A stretch of 64,000 nucleotides of DNA, from positions 414 through 64,413 of the forward strand of contig JBEGIR010000026.1 in NCBI GenBank assembly GCA_040224245.1, in the 5' to 3' direction. A program made the position numbers and the translations under genes. Origin of the DNA: Puniceicoccaceae bacterium (GTDB lineage Bacteria > Verrucomicrobiota > Verrucomicrobiia > Opitutales > JAFGAQ01). Within the stretch, counting starts at the first letter, position 1. Every line of letters starts with the position of its first letter. The notes under the pieces are model-generated. The model was not told the origin of the DNA. It worked only from the letters and a program-made list of their open reading frames with translations, and did no database searches. Of the stretch, positions 21,957-30,932 are shown one piece after another.

Positions 21957-23633
21957 ATGTTCGACCACCGAAACCGTGATCTTGCTGCTGCACTTTCCTC
22001 CCATTCCTCATTCCGCGACGATGTGCTGCAGACGTTGCTTGACGAAGCAAGGGAACAGCAACGCAGCCTGGGCGAACTGCTACTTGCGCGTGGCAGCATC
22101 TCTCGCCTGGAGTTGCTGACTGCGGTTTCAACATTCCTCGGCATCCCGTTTCGGGATCCCGATGCCGATCCGGAGTTCGAGGCAAATCTCAGTAAGGCAC
22201 AATCCTGTATCCCGCTCGAGATCGCGCAGGCTCGCGGTGTGCTTCCGCTGCGCAGAGAAGGCGATTGTCTCTGGATCGCTGCCATTGATCCGTTCGATCC
22301 TGATCTGTGCACCGATTTTGCGCATCTGCTCGGCTGCAGCGTCAGACTCGAATTGATCGATCCGGACTGGGTTCACCAGCAACTCTCTCATTCGTACAGC
22401 ACAGCACCAACGACCTCGATCCGTGAATCAGGCGATGCTTCCGACGCCCCTGCGTCCGTGATCGAGTATGTGGATTTCCTACTGCAAACCGCCATCCTCG
22501 ACGGGGCATCCGACCTGCATCTCGAACCCATGCAGCAAAGCTTTCGCATCCGCTATCGCGTGCATGGTGAATTGCGCCACATTCCCACTCCGTCCCGTCT
22601 CGAAGGCGCTTCCATTACCGCACGCCTCAAAGTCATGGGACATCTCAATGTGACCGAAAACCGTGTACCTCAGGACGGACGGCTGACAGTGTCTCTGCAG
22701 GATCGTCAGGTGGACGTTCGTATCTCAACGCTACCGACCCATTGCGGCGAAAGCATTGTGCTGCGTTTTCTCGATCAGGCACGCATTCCCCTGTCTTTGG
22801 ATCAACTGGGTCTACCCCCGGACATGTTGCATGCCGTCCGAAAAGTCATCCGTCAACCCAACGGAATTCTTCTCGCAACCGGTCCCACCGGGAGCGGGAA
22901 AACCACCACACTCTACAGTGCGCTGCGCGAGTTGGATCTCGATGGAAGCAAACTGCTCACCGTGGAAGATCCGGTGGAATTCGACATCGATGGCATGGTG
23001 CAAGTCCAGACCCAAGCCTCCATCGGACTCGATTTCGCTCGCACGCTGCGTGCGTTTCTCCGGCACGACCCCGATACACTGTTCATCGGAGAAATCCGGG
23101 ATGCCGAGACCGCCAAAATCGCCGTGCAGGCATCGCTCACGGGTCACCGCGTTTTCAGCTCACTGCACACTCAGGATGCAGCAGGTGCAGTGCCACGATT
23201 CGTGGACCTCGGAGTGGAACCGTACCTGGTTGCGGCCGCGCTATCTGGAGTCATTGCACAGCGTCTGTTGCGCAAACTGCACCCGCAATGCAGCGAAAGC
23301 TACGTGCCCGATGATGCCGAACTGGACGCCCTCGGACTGGATCGTGTCACGCTCGCAGGCCGTCCGCTGCAACGCGCCATCGCACACACTCCCGGGCAGC
23401 ACCATGTCGACGACATGGGTCGAATTGGCATCTTTGAATTCCTTCCCATCTGCGATGCACTGCGCGAGGAAATCAGCGCGGGAGCCTCCCACCGACAACT
23501 CCGTACCTTTGCACGGCGCCAGGGCATGCGTACTCTTCGTGAACACGGCATTGCCCTTTTACTGGAGGGAATCACCACCAGTCAGGAGCTGTTGCAACAC
23601 CTCGGCATCGCTGAAAGCGAACCCCCAAAATGA
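21957..23633 (+). CDS. GspE/PilB-family ATPase (paralog 2)
   Basis: T2SSE_N-like N-terminus (SLGELLLARGSISRLELLTAVSTFLGIPF), SDLHLEP, Walker A GPTGSGKTTTLY and IGEIRDAETA. Confidence 0.9.
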   Translation: MFDHRNRDLAAALSSHSSFRDDVLQTLLDEAREQQRSLGELLLARGSISRLELLTAVSTFLGIPFRDPDADPEFEANLSKAQSCIPLEIAQARGVLPLRREGDCLWIAAIDPFDPDLCTDFAHLLGCSVRLELIDPDWVHQQLSHSYSTAPTTSIRESGDASDAPASVIEYVDFLLQTAILDGASDLHLEPMQQSFRIRYRVHGELRHIPTPSRLEGASITARLKVMGHLNVTENRVPQDGRLTVSLQDRQVDVRISTLPTHCGESIVLRFLDQARIPLSLDQLGLPPDMLHAVRKVIRQPNGILLATGPTGSGKTTTLYSALRELDLDGSKLLTVEDPVEFDIDGMVQVQTQASIGLDFARTLRAFLRHDPDTLFIGEIRDAETAKIAVQASLTGHRVFSSLHTQDAAGAVPRFVDLGVEPYLVAAALSGVIAQRLLRKLHPQCSESYVPDDAELDALGLDRVTLAGRPLQRAIAHTPGQHHVDDMGRIGIFEFLPICDALREEISAGASHRQLRTFARRQGMRTLREHGIALLLEGITTSQELLQHLGIAESEPPK

Positions 23634-23714
23634 TACAACCCACAGCCAGTTATTTCAGACTACAGGCGTTGCTTCTGCTTTCATTGCTCCGTCAGGCTAT
23701 CGCTGCAGCCGATT

Positions 23715-24647
23715 TCATTGCTGCGCTCGCGGATGCGCCTGTCGGTGTGCATGGCGCAGGCGTTCGAGCGTGACGTGCGTGTAGATCTGGGTGGTCGAAA
23801 GGCTCACGTGCCCGAGCAATTCCTGCACCACACGGATGTCGGCCCCGGCATCGAGCAAATGCGTCGCATACGAATGGCGAAGTTTGTGAGGACTGATGTC
23901 GGCGGGCAGCCCTGCCTCGCGCAAGTATCGCTTGAGCCGTGCCTGCACACCACGTGCGCTGAGATGACCTCCCCGTTTCCCGGGAAAAAGGAAGGACCCC
24001 AGCCCATCTCGTTCAAGGCGCACTGCCCGATATTGCTGCAGGGCATGAACACATAGTTTGCCCACAGGGCACCATCGCTCTTTGTTTCCTTTACCAATGA
24101 CCCGAACAACGCCTTCGTGCAGATCCACATCACCCCAAGTCAGCTGAATCACTTCGCTGATCCGAAAACCGCCTCCATAAAACAGTTCCAAAATCGCACG
24201 GTCCTGCCATGCGACCACTGAATCGATGCGTCCATTCTGCTGCAATGCCAGGGGAGCCTGCAGCAATTCCTTCATCTGATTCACTGTCAAGTAGACGGGT
24301 AGTTTGCGCGGCAACTTCGGCAGCATGAGATCCGCACAAGGGTGTTGCGACACCCAACCCTGTGCCATCGCGTAGTGAAAAAACCGCTTTATGGCGGAAA
24401 ATCGATTGTGCACGGTTCGCCGGGAGAGCGTGGTCTGTAATGTGATCGTGTAATCCCGCAGCACACGAGGGTTCAGGCTGAACCAAGTGTCTTGCAAGTT
24501 CTGCTGCTCCAGCCAGGCGGCGAAGGCATGCATTGCTGCCAGGTAGTTGCGGATCGTGTAGGGCGACATGCGCTTTTCATTGCGCAACCAGGCATCAAAT
24601 CGAAGCTGCGCTTCATCCAGGGAAGGAATCGGTTCAAGGCGCGCCAT
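23715..24647 (-). CDS. Tyrosine recombinase XerC/XerD family
   Basis: SAM-like N-terminal domain, plus the catalytic pattern R...HKLRHSYATHLL...LLGH...TQIYTH. Confidence 0.9.
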   Translation of the reverse strand: MARLEPIPSLDEAQLRFDAWLRNEKRMSPYTIRNYLAAMHAFAAWLEQQNLQDTWFSLNPRVLRDYTITLQTTLSRRTVHNRFSAIKRFFHYAMAQGWVSQHPCADLMLPKLPRKLPVYLTVNQMKELLQAPLALQQNGRIDSVVAWQDRAILELFYGGGFRISEVIQLTWGDVDLHEGVVRVIGKGNKERWCPVGKLCVHALQQYRAVRLERDGLGSFLFPGKRGGHLSARGVQARLKRYLREAGLPADISPHKLRHSYATHLLDAGADIRVVQELLGHVSLSTTQIYTHVTLERLRHAHRQAHPRAQQ

Positions 24648-24695
24648 TTCAAAACATTTCGCGGAACAGAATCCTCCGGAACAGGTTGCTCGAAC

Positions 24696-25220
24696 TCAGG
24701 ACTCTGAAGATTTTTCTGCCTCTCTTCGGAGAAATTTCACCACATCCTGAAAGCGCTTTTCATTTGCCCGATTGAGCTTCATCAGGCGTTCGTGCGCTTC
24801 CAGAATCATATCAGCACTTGCCTCTTTGCAGTCTAGTCCTTCGCTGATTTGCTTCTGGTTTCCGTTCTGGAAGGTGACTTCAATTTCGTCCAGAAACTCA
24901 ACGCTCGGCAGATGATGAAGCCCCAAACCCCGGATCAATTGCTTATTCGAAGCATTCAGATTTGCCAGACTGAGCCGCCCCATGGGGTCCTTGTGCATTG
25001 CCCGTGTGGCAACACCCGCAAGCACTCCGAGAAAGGTGCTGTCCATGCCCAGGCAGTTTTGAAAATCCACGAGGAAGTGACTTGCTCCACGGCTGATGAC
25101 GCAATCAAAAAATTCGTTCACAGGTGAGCAGTTCAGGTAGTTTGCCTTTCCGTTGATCTTGACGATCACCGGATCGGAATCAGCGCAAACGATAAAATCT
25201 GGAGCATTCTCTTCGGGCAT
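24696..25220 (-). CDS. STAS-domain (anti-sigma-factor-antagonist-like) protein with a helical C-terminal extension
   Basis: VKINGKANYLN...HFLVDFQNCLGMDSTFLGVLAG resembles SpoIIAA/RsbV-type STAS with a Ser/Thr at the DSxG-like position. Confidence 0.55.
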   Translation of the reverse strand: MPEENAPDFIVCADSDPVIVKINGKANYLNCSPVNEFFDCVISRGASHFLVDFQNCLGMDSTFLGVLAGVATRAMHKDPMGRLSLANLNASNKQLIRGLGLHHLPSVEFLDEIEVTFQNGNQKQISEGLDCKEASADMILEAHERLMKLNRANEKRFQDVVKFLRREAEKSSES

Positions 25221-25639
25221 TTCAATCCATCAGGTTTTGGGCGGTTTTAGGGTCTCCCTCCATTATCGTATCATCCGGTCAAACAATTAGCGAAAATTAA
25301 TGAAGATCCCCCCTTGTGCAAAACTTTATTCCCAACTCCTGGCATTTGACAGTCAGCACCCCCTATTTTTTGAAGCCAGTTGGGTATACAAAGCCTCCTG
25401 AATGCTAGCCGCTGTTCTGTCACCGTCTACCTAAAAAAGGTCAAGCGAAAGGCTTACTCACGCATCGATGCACCCTATAAGGTGAGAGACGGTTGGCCCG
25501 GTTCACGAACGGAGATGATTCCGCATTCAGATCGGGCCGCCACCACATCCGTTCTCTCGTCCCAACAACCCGTTGAATGCAAAACCCACCGCAGGCAGAT
25601 TCGGGAACGGGTCCACTTTGAATCCAAGACTACGACTGA

Positions 25640-28084
25640 TTGATGCAACAACCCATGCCCTCCAACGCTGCAATCTGGAGATTGTGGGCCGCAATGGCCT
25701 GTCCGTTGACGCATTACTTGCTGGCCCTTGCCCTCGCTCCTGCATTGCTTCTGGCACAGAGTTCCGAAGAACCAGCGCCACTGCTTCCGGACCGCAAGGA
25801 TGCATCCGACCGGGCACTCATCAGTGACCGGGAAGCCGTCGAATTGGTCGACGACTCAAACGTTGCGGAAGCTTTGTCCCGGCGTCCGGATCTTCAGTTC
25901 AGCAACCTCACCATCGACGGTGAAAAATCCAATCTGGCACTTGAAGACATCCCGGCGGATGCCGTTAGTGAAATCGAATTGCTTCGCGCCGTAACAGCAG
26001 ACCTCGATGCAGACTCCAGGGGCGGCTCGCTCAACTTAAGCTTCAGTCCAACCTTTCTGCTGGAAAAACCCGTGTTCCAACTCGATGGGTGGGCTCGCTA
26101 TTCGGAAGGCGAGTCAACCTGGATGCAGGGTGCCTCAGCCAGCTACAGCCGGGCCTTTGGTGACTTCGGCTTTCGCATTCAGGCATCTCACTCCCACGGG
26201 CACGATACCTTTGAAGGCTACTACCTCAATTGGGAACCGAAGGATGCAGACACCCAGCTCTATACGCCAAACTATCTCATCCAGAACCGTGAGGAAGAGT
26301 GGCAGCAGAATCGAAATCTCAGTGTCTCCATGGACTATCGCTTTTCCGATAAGCTGCATGCTTTCATTCGCGTGAACGCCAGCCGACGGGAAAAGGAACT
26401 CTATCAGCCCCGCATCCTCTACCATTTCAACCGGGGTACCTATGAGTCTGCGAGCCGAATACTTGGGTCGGTCTCCAATTCCTACGCCGACCGTGACCTC
26501 ATCGCCTACGAAACGGAAACCGATCAAACCGACTTTCTCGCCGGATGGGTCTATGAGAGTGACAGCTGGCGGGCTGATTTCCGCATTCTGGGAGAGTTTC
26601 AGCGTTATCAGGAACCCGACTGGGTGGAACTTCAGTTCCGGACTCACCCCATCGAATTGCACTACCGACTGAATCATCAGTTTCTGCCGCGCATTGATAG
26701 CGCTTCGGTCGACCTCAACGAACCCGCACAATTTGCATTTGATGAGTTGCTGCGTGAGCGCACGCACCGCACAAATGACCGCTGGGTGATCGCATCAAAC
26801 CTGCGTCATGACTTTGAGGTTTGGGGTCTGGATGCTTATCTGAAAGCGGGCCTCAAATGGACCCACAAACTGATGGATCAATCCGTTCAAAGTCGCATTT
26901 TCACAGGATTCGATGGGGTATTCACACTTGCCGACCTGGCGTGGAACTATGGGGCAGACAGTTTGCTGGTGCCCGGGGTCAATTGGGGCTATTTTCCCAC
27001 CCTTGCAGATGCGCGTGATTTTGCCTCACAACATGAGTCATCCTTCCAATTCAATCTCATGCGCTCCGCGCTGAAGGCGGATCCCGCAACTTATCGCGCG
27101 GAAGAAAATCTGGGGGCCGCCTACGCCATGCTCAACCTCAAGGGAGAACGCCTGCGCACCATCCTCGGCTTCCGGGTGGAACGCACATCTCTGGACTACC
27201 GGGCGAAAACCGTGATCATCAATGAAGAAGGGGACTATGTGACCACCGAACCCGGGCGCGGGAGCAACAACTACACGGACCTCTTCCCGTCCGTACACCT
27301 TCGCTACTTCCTCGGTTCACGCACGACCCTCATCGCATCGTGGACTGGCACCATCGAACGACCCTATTTCGGATACACCGTGCCCTACCGCTACATCGAC
27401 TACAACTCCCGTGAAATTGCAGAAGGGAATCCACAATTGAAACCTACGCTCTATCAGAACGTCGATGTTTCAGTAGATGTAAAACTCTCCGAATCCAGCC
27501 TGTTTTCACTCGAACTCTTTTCCAAAGAGGTCGACGATATTGTTTTCTGGGAAGTCTCCCAGATCACGGACGGAACGTTCTCCGAATTCACCCGAGGCAC
27601 TCACGCCAATGGACCCAGTGCAACCGAACGTGGAATTCGAGCCATTCTGACCCAGGATCTGGTGGAACTCAACGATGCACTCGACGGGTTCAGCCTTTTG
27701 CTCAAATACAGCTATCAGGATTCCCAAACCCAATATCCCGGTCGGGAATCCGAAACACTGCCAGTGACCTACCGCCCGCGTAACCGCTATGAGGCGACAC
27801 TGAGCTATGAGCGCCAACCATTCTACCTGCGCATCGACTACGCCTATGAAGATGCAGAGCTGGTTGCGGTTTTTGGCGCAAGCTGGCAGGATCGCTACGA
27901 AATCCCCCAGGAACACCTCAGCCTGCACCTCAGCTACCAGTGGAGTCCGTCCGCGAGAATCTATTGCGAGGTAAGCGGTTTGCTGGAAAGCTACGCAAAG
28001 ACCTACTACGGGAAAACATCCCGTCCCTCCGGAATTGCCTGGCGCTCAAAACAACTCGAACTCGGTCTCAAAATCCGCTTCTGA
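25640..28084 (+). CDS. TonB-dependent receptor-like outer-membrane protein
   Basis: Signal peptide, a plug-like region (NVAEALSRRPDLQF...IELLRAVTADLDADSRGGSLNL), a long beta-barrel and a C-terminal LKIRF. Confidence 0.8.
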   Translation: MMQQPMPSNAAIWRLWAAMACPLTHYLLALALAPALLLAQSSEEPAPLLPDRKDASDRALISDREAVELVDDSNVAEALSRRPDLQFSNLTIDGEKSNLALEDIPADAVSEIELLRAVTADLDADSRGGSLNLSFSPTFLLEKPVFQLDGWARYSEGESTWMQGASASYSRAFGDFGFRIQASHSHGHDTFEGYYLNWEPKDADTQLYTPNYLIQNREEEWQQNRNLSVSMDYRFSDKLHAFIRVNASRREKELYQPRILYHFNRGTYESASRILGSVSNSYADRDLIAYETETDQTDFLAGWVYESDSWRADFRILGEFQRYQEPDWVELQFRTHPIELHYRLNHQFLPRIDSASVDLNEPAQFAFDELLRERTHRTNDRWVIASNLRHDFEVWGLDAYLKAGLKWTHKLMDQSVQSRIFTGFDGVFTLADLAWNYGADSLLVPGVNWGYFPTLADARDFASQHESSFQFNLMRSALKADPATYRAEENLGAAYAMLNLKGERLRTILGFRVERTSLDYRAKTVIINEEGDYVTTEPGRGSNNYTDLFPSVHLRYFLGSRTTLIASWTGTIERPYFGYTVPYRYIDYNSREIAEGNPQLKPTLYQNVDVSVDVKLSESSLFSLELFSKEVDDIVFWEVSQITDGTFSEFTRGTHANGPSATERGIRAILTQDLVELNDALDGFSLLLKYSYQDSQTQYPGRESETLPVTYRPRNRYEATLSYERQPFYLRIDYAYEDAELVAVFGASWQDRYEIPQEHLSLHLSYQWSPSARIYCEVSGLLESYAKTYYGKTSRPSGIAWRSKQLELGLKIRF

Positions 28085-28288
28085 TTCTGTATTTCCTGTC
28101 CGTGGACCCAAACGTCGGGATAGAACAGGCACTCCCTTCACTGCCCGTAGTCGCAACCCCATCAGCCACACGGATTCACGACCACAGCAAGACATCGTAC
28201 AGAAACAACCCCAGCATTATTCAGGCCGGGGTTGTTGTCAGAAAGCAACGTCCTCACAGGACGTAAAGCCTTACATTCTACCGAAATC

Positions 28289-29302
28289 TCATTCGGTTGG
28301 GACTTCCGTGATCGTCTTGAGCACGCGCGAAACGATGCGGTATGGATCTCCCTGAGAATTCGGACGACGGTCTTCGAGGTAACCCCGATACGCACCGTCC
28401 TTGACAAAGGAATGCGGCACCCGAATCGACGCTCCACGGTCGGCAATGCCCCAACTGAACTTGTCGATCGACTGCGTTTCATGCAGACCCGTCAGGCGCA
28501 GATGGTTGTCCGGTCCATAGGCTGCGATGTGCTCGTCACGATTCTTTTCAAATGCATCCATCAGACGCAGGAAGTAATCCTTACCTCCCACCTCACGCAT
28601 GAATTTTGTCGAAAAGTTACAGTGCATGCCAGAACCATTCCAGTCGCCCTGGTAGGGCTTGCAGTGCCACTGCACATCCACCTGGTACTTCTCACACAGA
28701 CGCAACAGGAAGTAACGCGCTACCCACACGTCATCTGCAGCCTTGGCGGAACCTTTACCAAAGACCTGGAACTCCCACTGGCCCTTCGCCACTTCGGCGT
28801 TAATGCCTTCATGGTTGATCCCGGCTTCAAGGCAAAGGTCAAGATGCTCCTCAACGATTTCACGAGCAATATCACCCACGTTGTTGTATCCCACACCCGT
28901 GTAATACTTGCCCTGCGGTGCCGGATAACCGTCTGTCGGCCATCCCAACGGCTTTCCATCCTGCATCAGGAAATACTCCTGCTCCAGTCCAAACCATGCA
29001 TCTGGGTCTTCAATGATCGTTGAACGGTAGTTGGAGGGATGTGGAGTGCCGTCCGGATTCATCACTTCGCACATCACAATGTAACCGTTGGTGCGTCCAG
29101 CATCAGGATACAGCGCCACCGGCTTCAACAGACAGTCCGAATTGCTTCCGGGTGCCTGCTGCGTGGAGCTTCCGTCAAACCCCCACCACGGGCAATCTTC
29201 GACGCTCTGCGGAGCCGACGAGGCAATGCGGGTCTTTCCACGAAGGTTAGCGACTGGTTGATATCCATCCAGCCAGATGTATTCTAACTTGTATTTTGGC
29301 AT
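28289..29302 (-). CDS. glnII: Glutamine synthetase type II (eukaryote-like GSII)
   Basis: YIWLDG, FDGSSTQQA, GLEQEYFL, NAEVAKGQWEFQV, GSGMHCNFS and ASIRVP...GYLEDRRP are GSII hallmarks. 337 aa. Confidence 0.92.
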   Translation of the reverse strand: MPKYKLEYIWLDGYQPVANLRGKTRIASSAPQSVEDCPWWGFDGSSTQQAPGSNSDCLLKPVALYPDAGRTNGYIVMCEVMNPDGTPHPSNYRSTIIEDPDAWFGLEQEYFLMQDGKPLGWPTDGYPAPQGKYYTGVGYNNVGDIAREIVEEHLDLCLEAGINHEGINAEVAKGQWEFQVFGKGSAKAADDVWVARYFLLRLCEKYQVDVQWHCKPYQGDWNGSGMHCNFSTKFMREVGGKDYFLRLMDAFEKNRDEHIAAYGPDNHLRLTGLHETQSIDKFSWGIADRGASIRVPHSFVKDGAYRGYLEDRRPNSQGDPYRIVSRVLKTITEVPTE

Positions 29303-29363
29303 ATTGTTTCGGATTAATAGTTCCTGTTTGCAGGATACTCAATTCAAGGGTTTTCTGGAAATG

Positions 29364-29385
29364 ATGCTGATAGCTGGATCAGCAT
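29364..29385. promoter_or_regulatory. Perfect inverted repeat in the glnII / mini-kinase divergent region
   Basis: ATGCTGAT-agctgg-ATCAGCAT, 62-83 bp upstream of the glnII start codon. Confidence 0.3.
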
Positions 29386-29475
29386 GGCTGCAACCAAAAT
29401 AGCAGCCAGTGGGCCAATTCAAAAAAAAGTATGAAATAAACTCAAAGCTGCCCAAAATAATACTATTCCATTCTA

Positions 29476-29901
29476 ATGCGCGAGGTAAAAGATACGAAAA
29501 GAGCATCTGTTCGGGTCGGATATGACGGTAAAGTACACAAGCAGTATTTCGGACCCGGTGCGGAATTACGATACGAAAACGAGGTCAGAGTCCTGAAATA
29601 CCTGGCTCAGCAAGGCTGTGATTTTGTGCCCCGTCTGTTGGAGGAAGATCCCGAAACCCTGACCATCGTCACCACCAATGTCGGGCAAATCGTGCAAAAA
29701 ATCAGCCAGGAGAAGCAGGATTCGATGTTTCGCGCTCTCGAGCAGTATGGAATCGAACACGGCGATCCTTTCGCACGCAACATCACCTACGATGACCGGC
29801 TCGGTCGTTTCTGCGTGATCGACTTCGAGTTTTCCACCAATCTCGCCACGGGCGAGGGTCTCAAAATCGAGGATATAAAAAATCCACGTCAGCTTTCCTG
29901 A
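29476..29901 (+). CDS. Minimal protein-kinase-like (Bud32/RIO/Kdo-kinase-like) protein, 141 aa
   Basis: Ordered PKL motifs: beta3 Lys (GKVHKQY), alphaC Glu (ENEVRVLKYL), catalytic loop HGDPFARN, and the metal-binding IDFE. Only ~24 aa follow the DFE. Confidence 0.5.
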   Translation: MREVKDTKRASVRVGYDGKVHKQYFGPGAELRYENEVRVLKYLAQQGCDFVPRLLEEDPETLTIVTTNVGQIVQKISQEKQDSMFRALEQYGIEHGDPFARNITYDDRLGRFCVIDFEFSTNLATGEGLKIEDIKNPRQLS

Positions 29902-29911
29902 TTTTCCACCC

Positions 29912-30757
29912 GTGACTGCCATGCAACGCATCCACTGGTCCGGCATGACCCATCCGGGCCGATTCCGCCCGAACAACGAAGACGCCTTTCTCGGTCTCAT
30001 TCTTAACGAACAGGAAGTGCACTACCTCGGCAAGGAGGGGGACGCACCGCTCCAGGATTCCCAGTTTCTCTTTGCCGTGAGTGATGGCATGGGTGGAGCC
30101 AATGCCGGAGATTTTGCCAGTCGCCTCACCCTTCAGGGTCTCACCAAACGCCTGCCTCTCGCCCTGCGAAAAACCGATACCCGCACTCCGGAACTCCGCC
30201 AGCAGGTACTGCGCAACATCATTCTCGATATTCATGAGGAGGTGATGGCAACGGGACGCTGGTACGAAGAGTGCAAGGGCATGGGCGCAACCTTGAGTCT
30301 CTGTTGGATCCATCCGACCGAGGGCTTCATCATCGGTCATGTCGGAGACAGTCGCATCTACCAAATCCCCAATGGGGAAACGATCATCCAGCGATCCGAG
30401 GATCACTCCGAAGTCGGACGCCTGTACCGCGAGGGCAAAATCAACGAACGCGAATCCAAAAACCATCCCGAGCGACACCTTCTCGATCAATCCATCGGAG
30501 GCCTCCGTCGTGAGGTCGATCCGCAGATTGCCCATTTTTCAATGCAGCCCGGCGATCACCTGATTCTCTGCTCCGACGGCATCTGTGACGGCCTCTACGA
30601 CCGCAGCATCGAGAGCACCCTCCTGCGCCCCACTCCCAACATCAAGGATCTACGCCCCTCAGAACGTCTGGTCAGGGAGGCTCTCTTCTCCTCAGGCCGG
30701 GACAATCTCACATCCATGGTCGTCTGGTTCACCCAGGAGATGGGAGAAGCATCGTAG
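29912..30757 (+). CDS. PP2C-family Ser/Thr protein phosphatase
   Basis: RPNNEDAF, AVSDGMGGANAGDFAS, GHVGDSRIY, LCSDGI and DNLTSMVV. The start is the GTG at 29912 or the ATG at 29921. Confidence 0.9.
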   Translation: MTAMQRIHWSGMTHPGRFRPNNEDAFLGLILNEQEVHYLGKEGDAPLQDSQFLFAVSDGMGGANAGDFASRLTLQGLTKRLPLALRKTDTRTPELRQQVLRNIILDIHEEVMATGRWYEECKGMGATLSLCWIHPTEGFIIGHVGDSRIYQIPNGETIIQRSEDHSEVGRLYREGKINERESKNHPERHLLDQSIGGLRREVDPQIAHFSMQPGDHLILCSDGICDGLYDRSIESTLLRPTPNIKDLRPSERLVREALFSSGRDNLTSMVVWFTQEMGEAS

Positions 30758-30932
30758 CGGGAACTTCCTGCTCGCTTCACCCAACACCCCTAACGTAGCG
30801 GAAGCTTCCAGCTCGCACCTTCTTCATCCTCTCGCAAATTCCGCATTCCATGATTGCTCTGACGAGTCGAATTCCTGTATGGTCGCCGGTTTTCAATTCA
30901 ACCACAGACGCCCCGCCATCCATTCCAGCAAC

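Noticed and set aside
21957-22200. MshEN-type c-di-GMP binding motif in the N-terminus of GspE paralog 2 (SLGELLLARGSISRLELLTAVSTF).
   Set aside because: This is only a partial match to RLGxx(L/V/I)(L/V/I)xxG(L/V/I)(L/V/I)xxxxLxxxLxxQ. The key Arg and Gln positions are Ser and Phe, so binding should not be assumed.
23715-24647. Tyrosine recombinase as a marker of an integrated mobile element.
   Set aside because: The sequence looks like chromosomal XerC/XerD. It has no adjacent tRNA, direct repeats, excisionase or phage/ICE genes, and the flanking genes have native-like composition.
25221-25639. 419-bp leader upstream of the TonB-dependent receptor, examined as a possible cobalamin or TPP riboswitch.
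   Set aside because: I could find only loose resemblances (for example GGGAACGGGTCCACTTTGAATCC). There is no clear B12 box and no CUGAGA/ACCUGAUCUGGAUAAUGCCAGCG TPP core. Only a covariance-model scan (Rfam/Infernal) could settle it, so I make no call.
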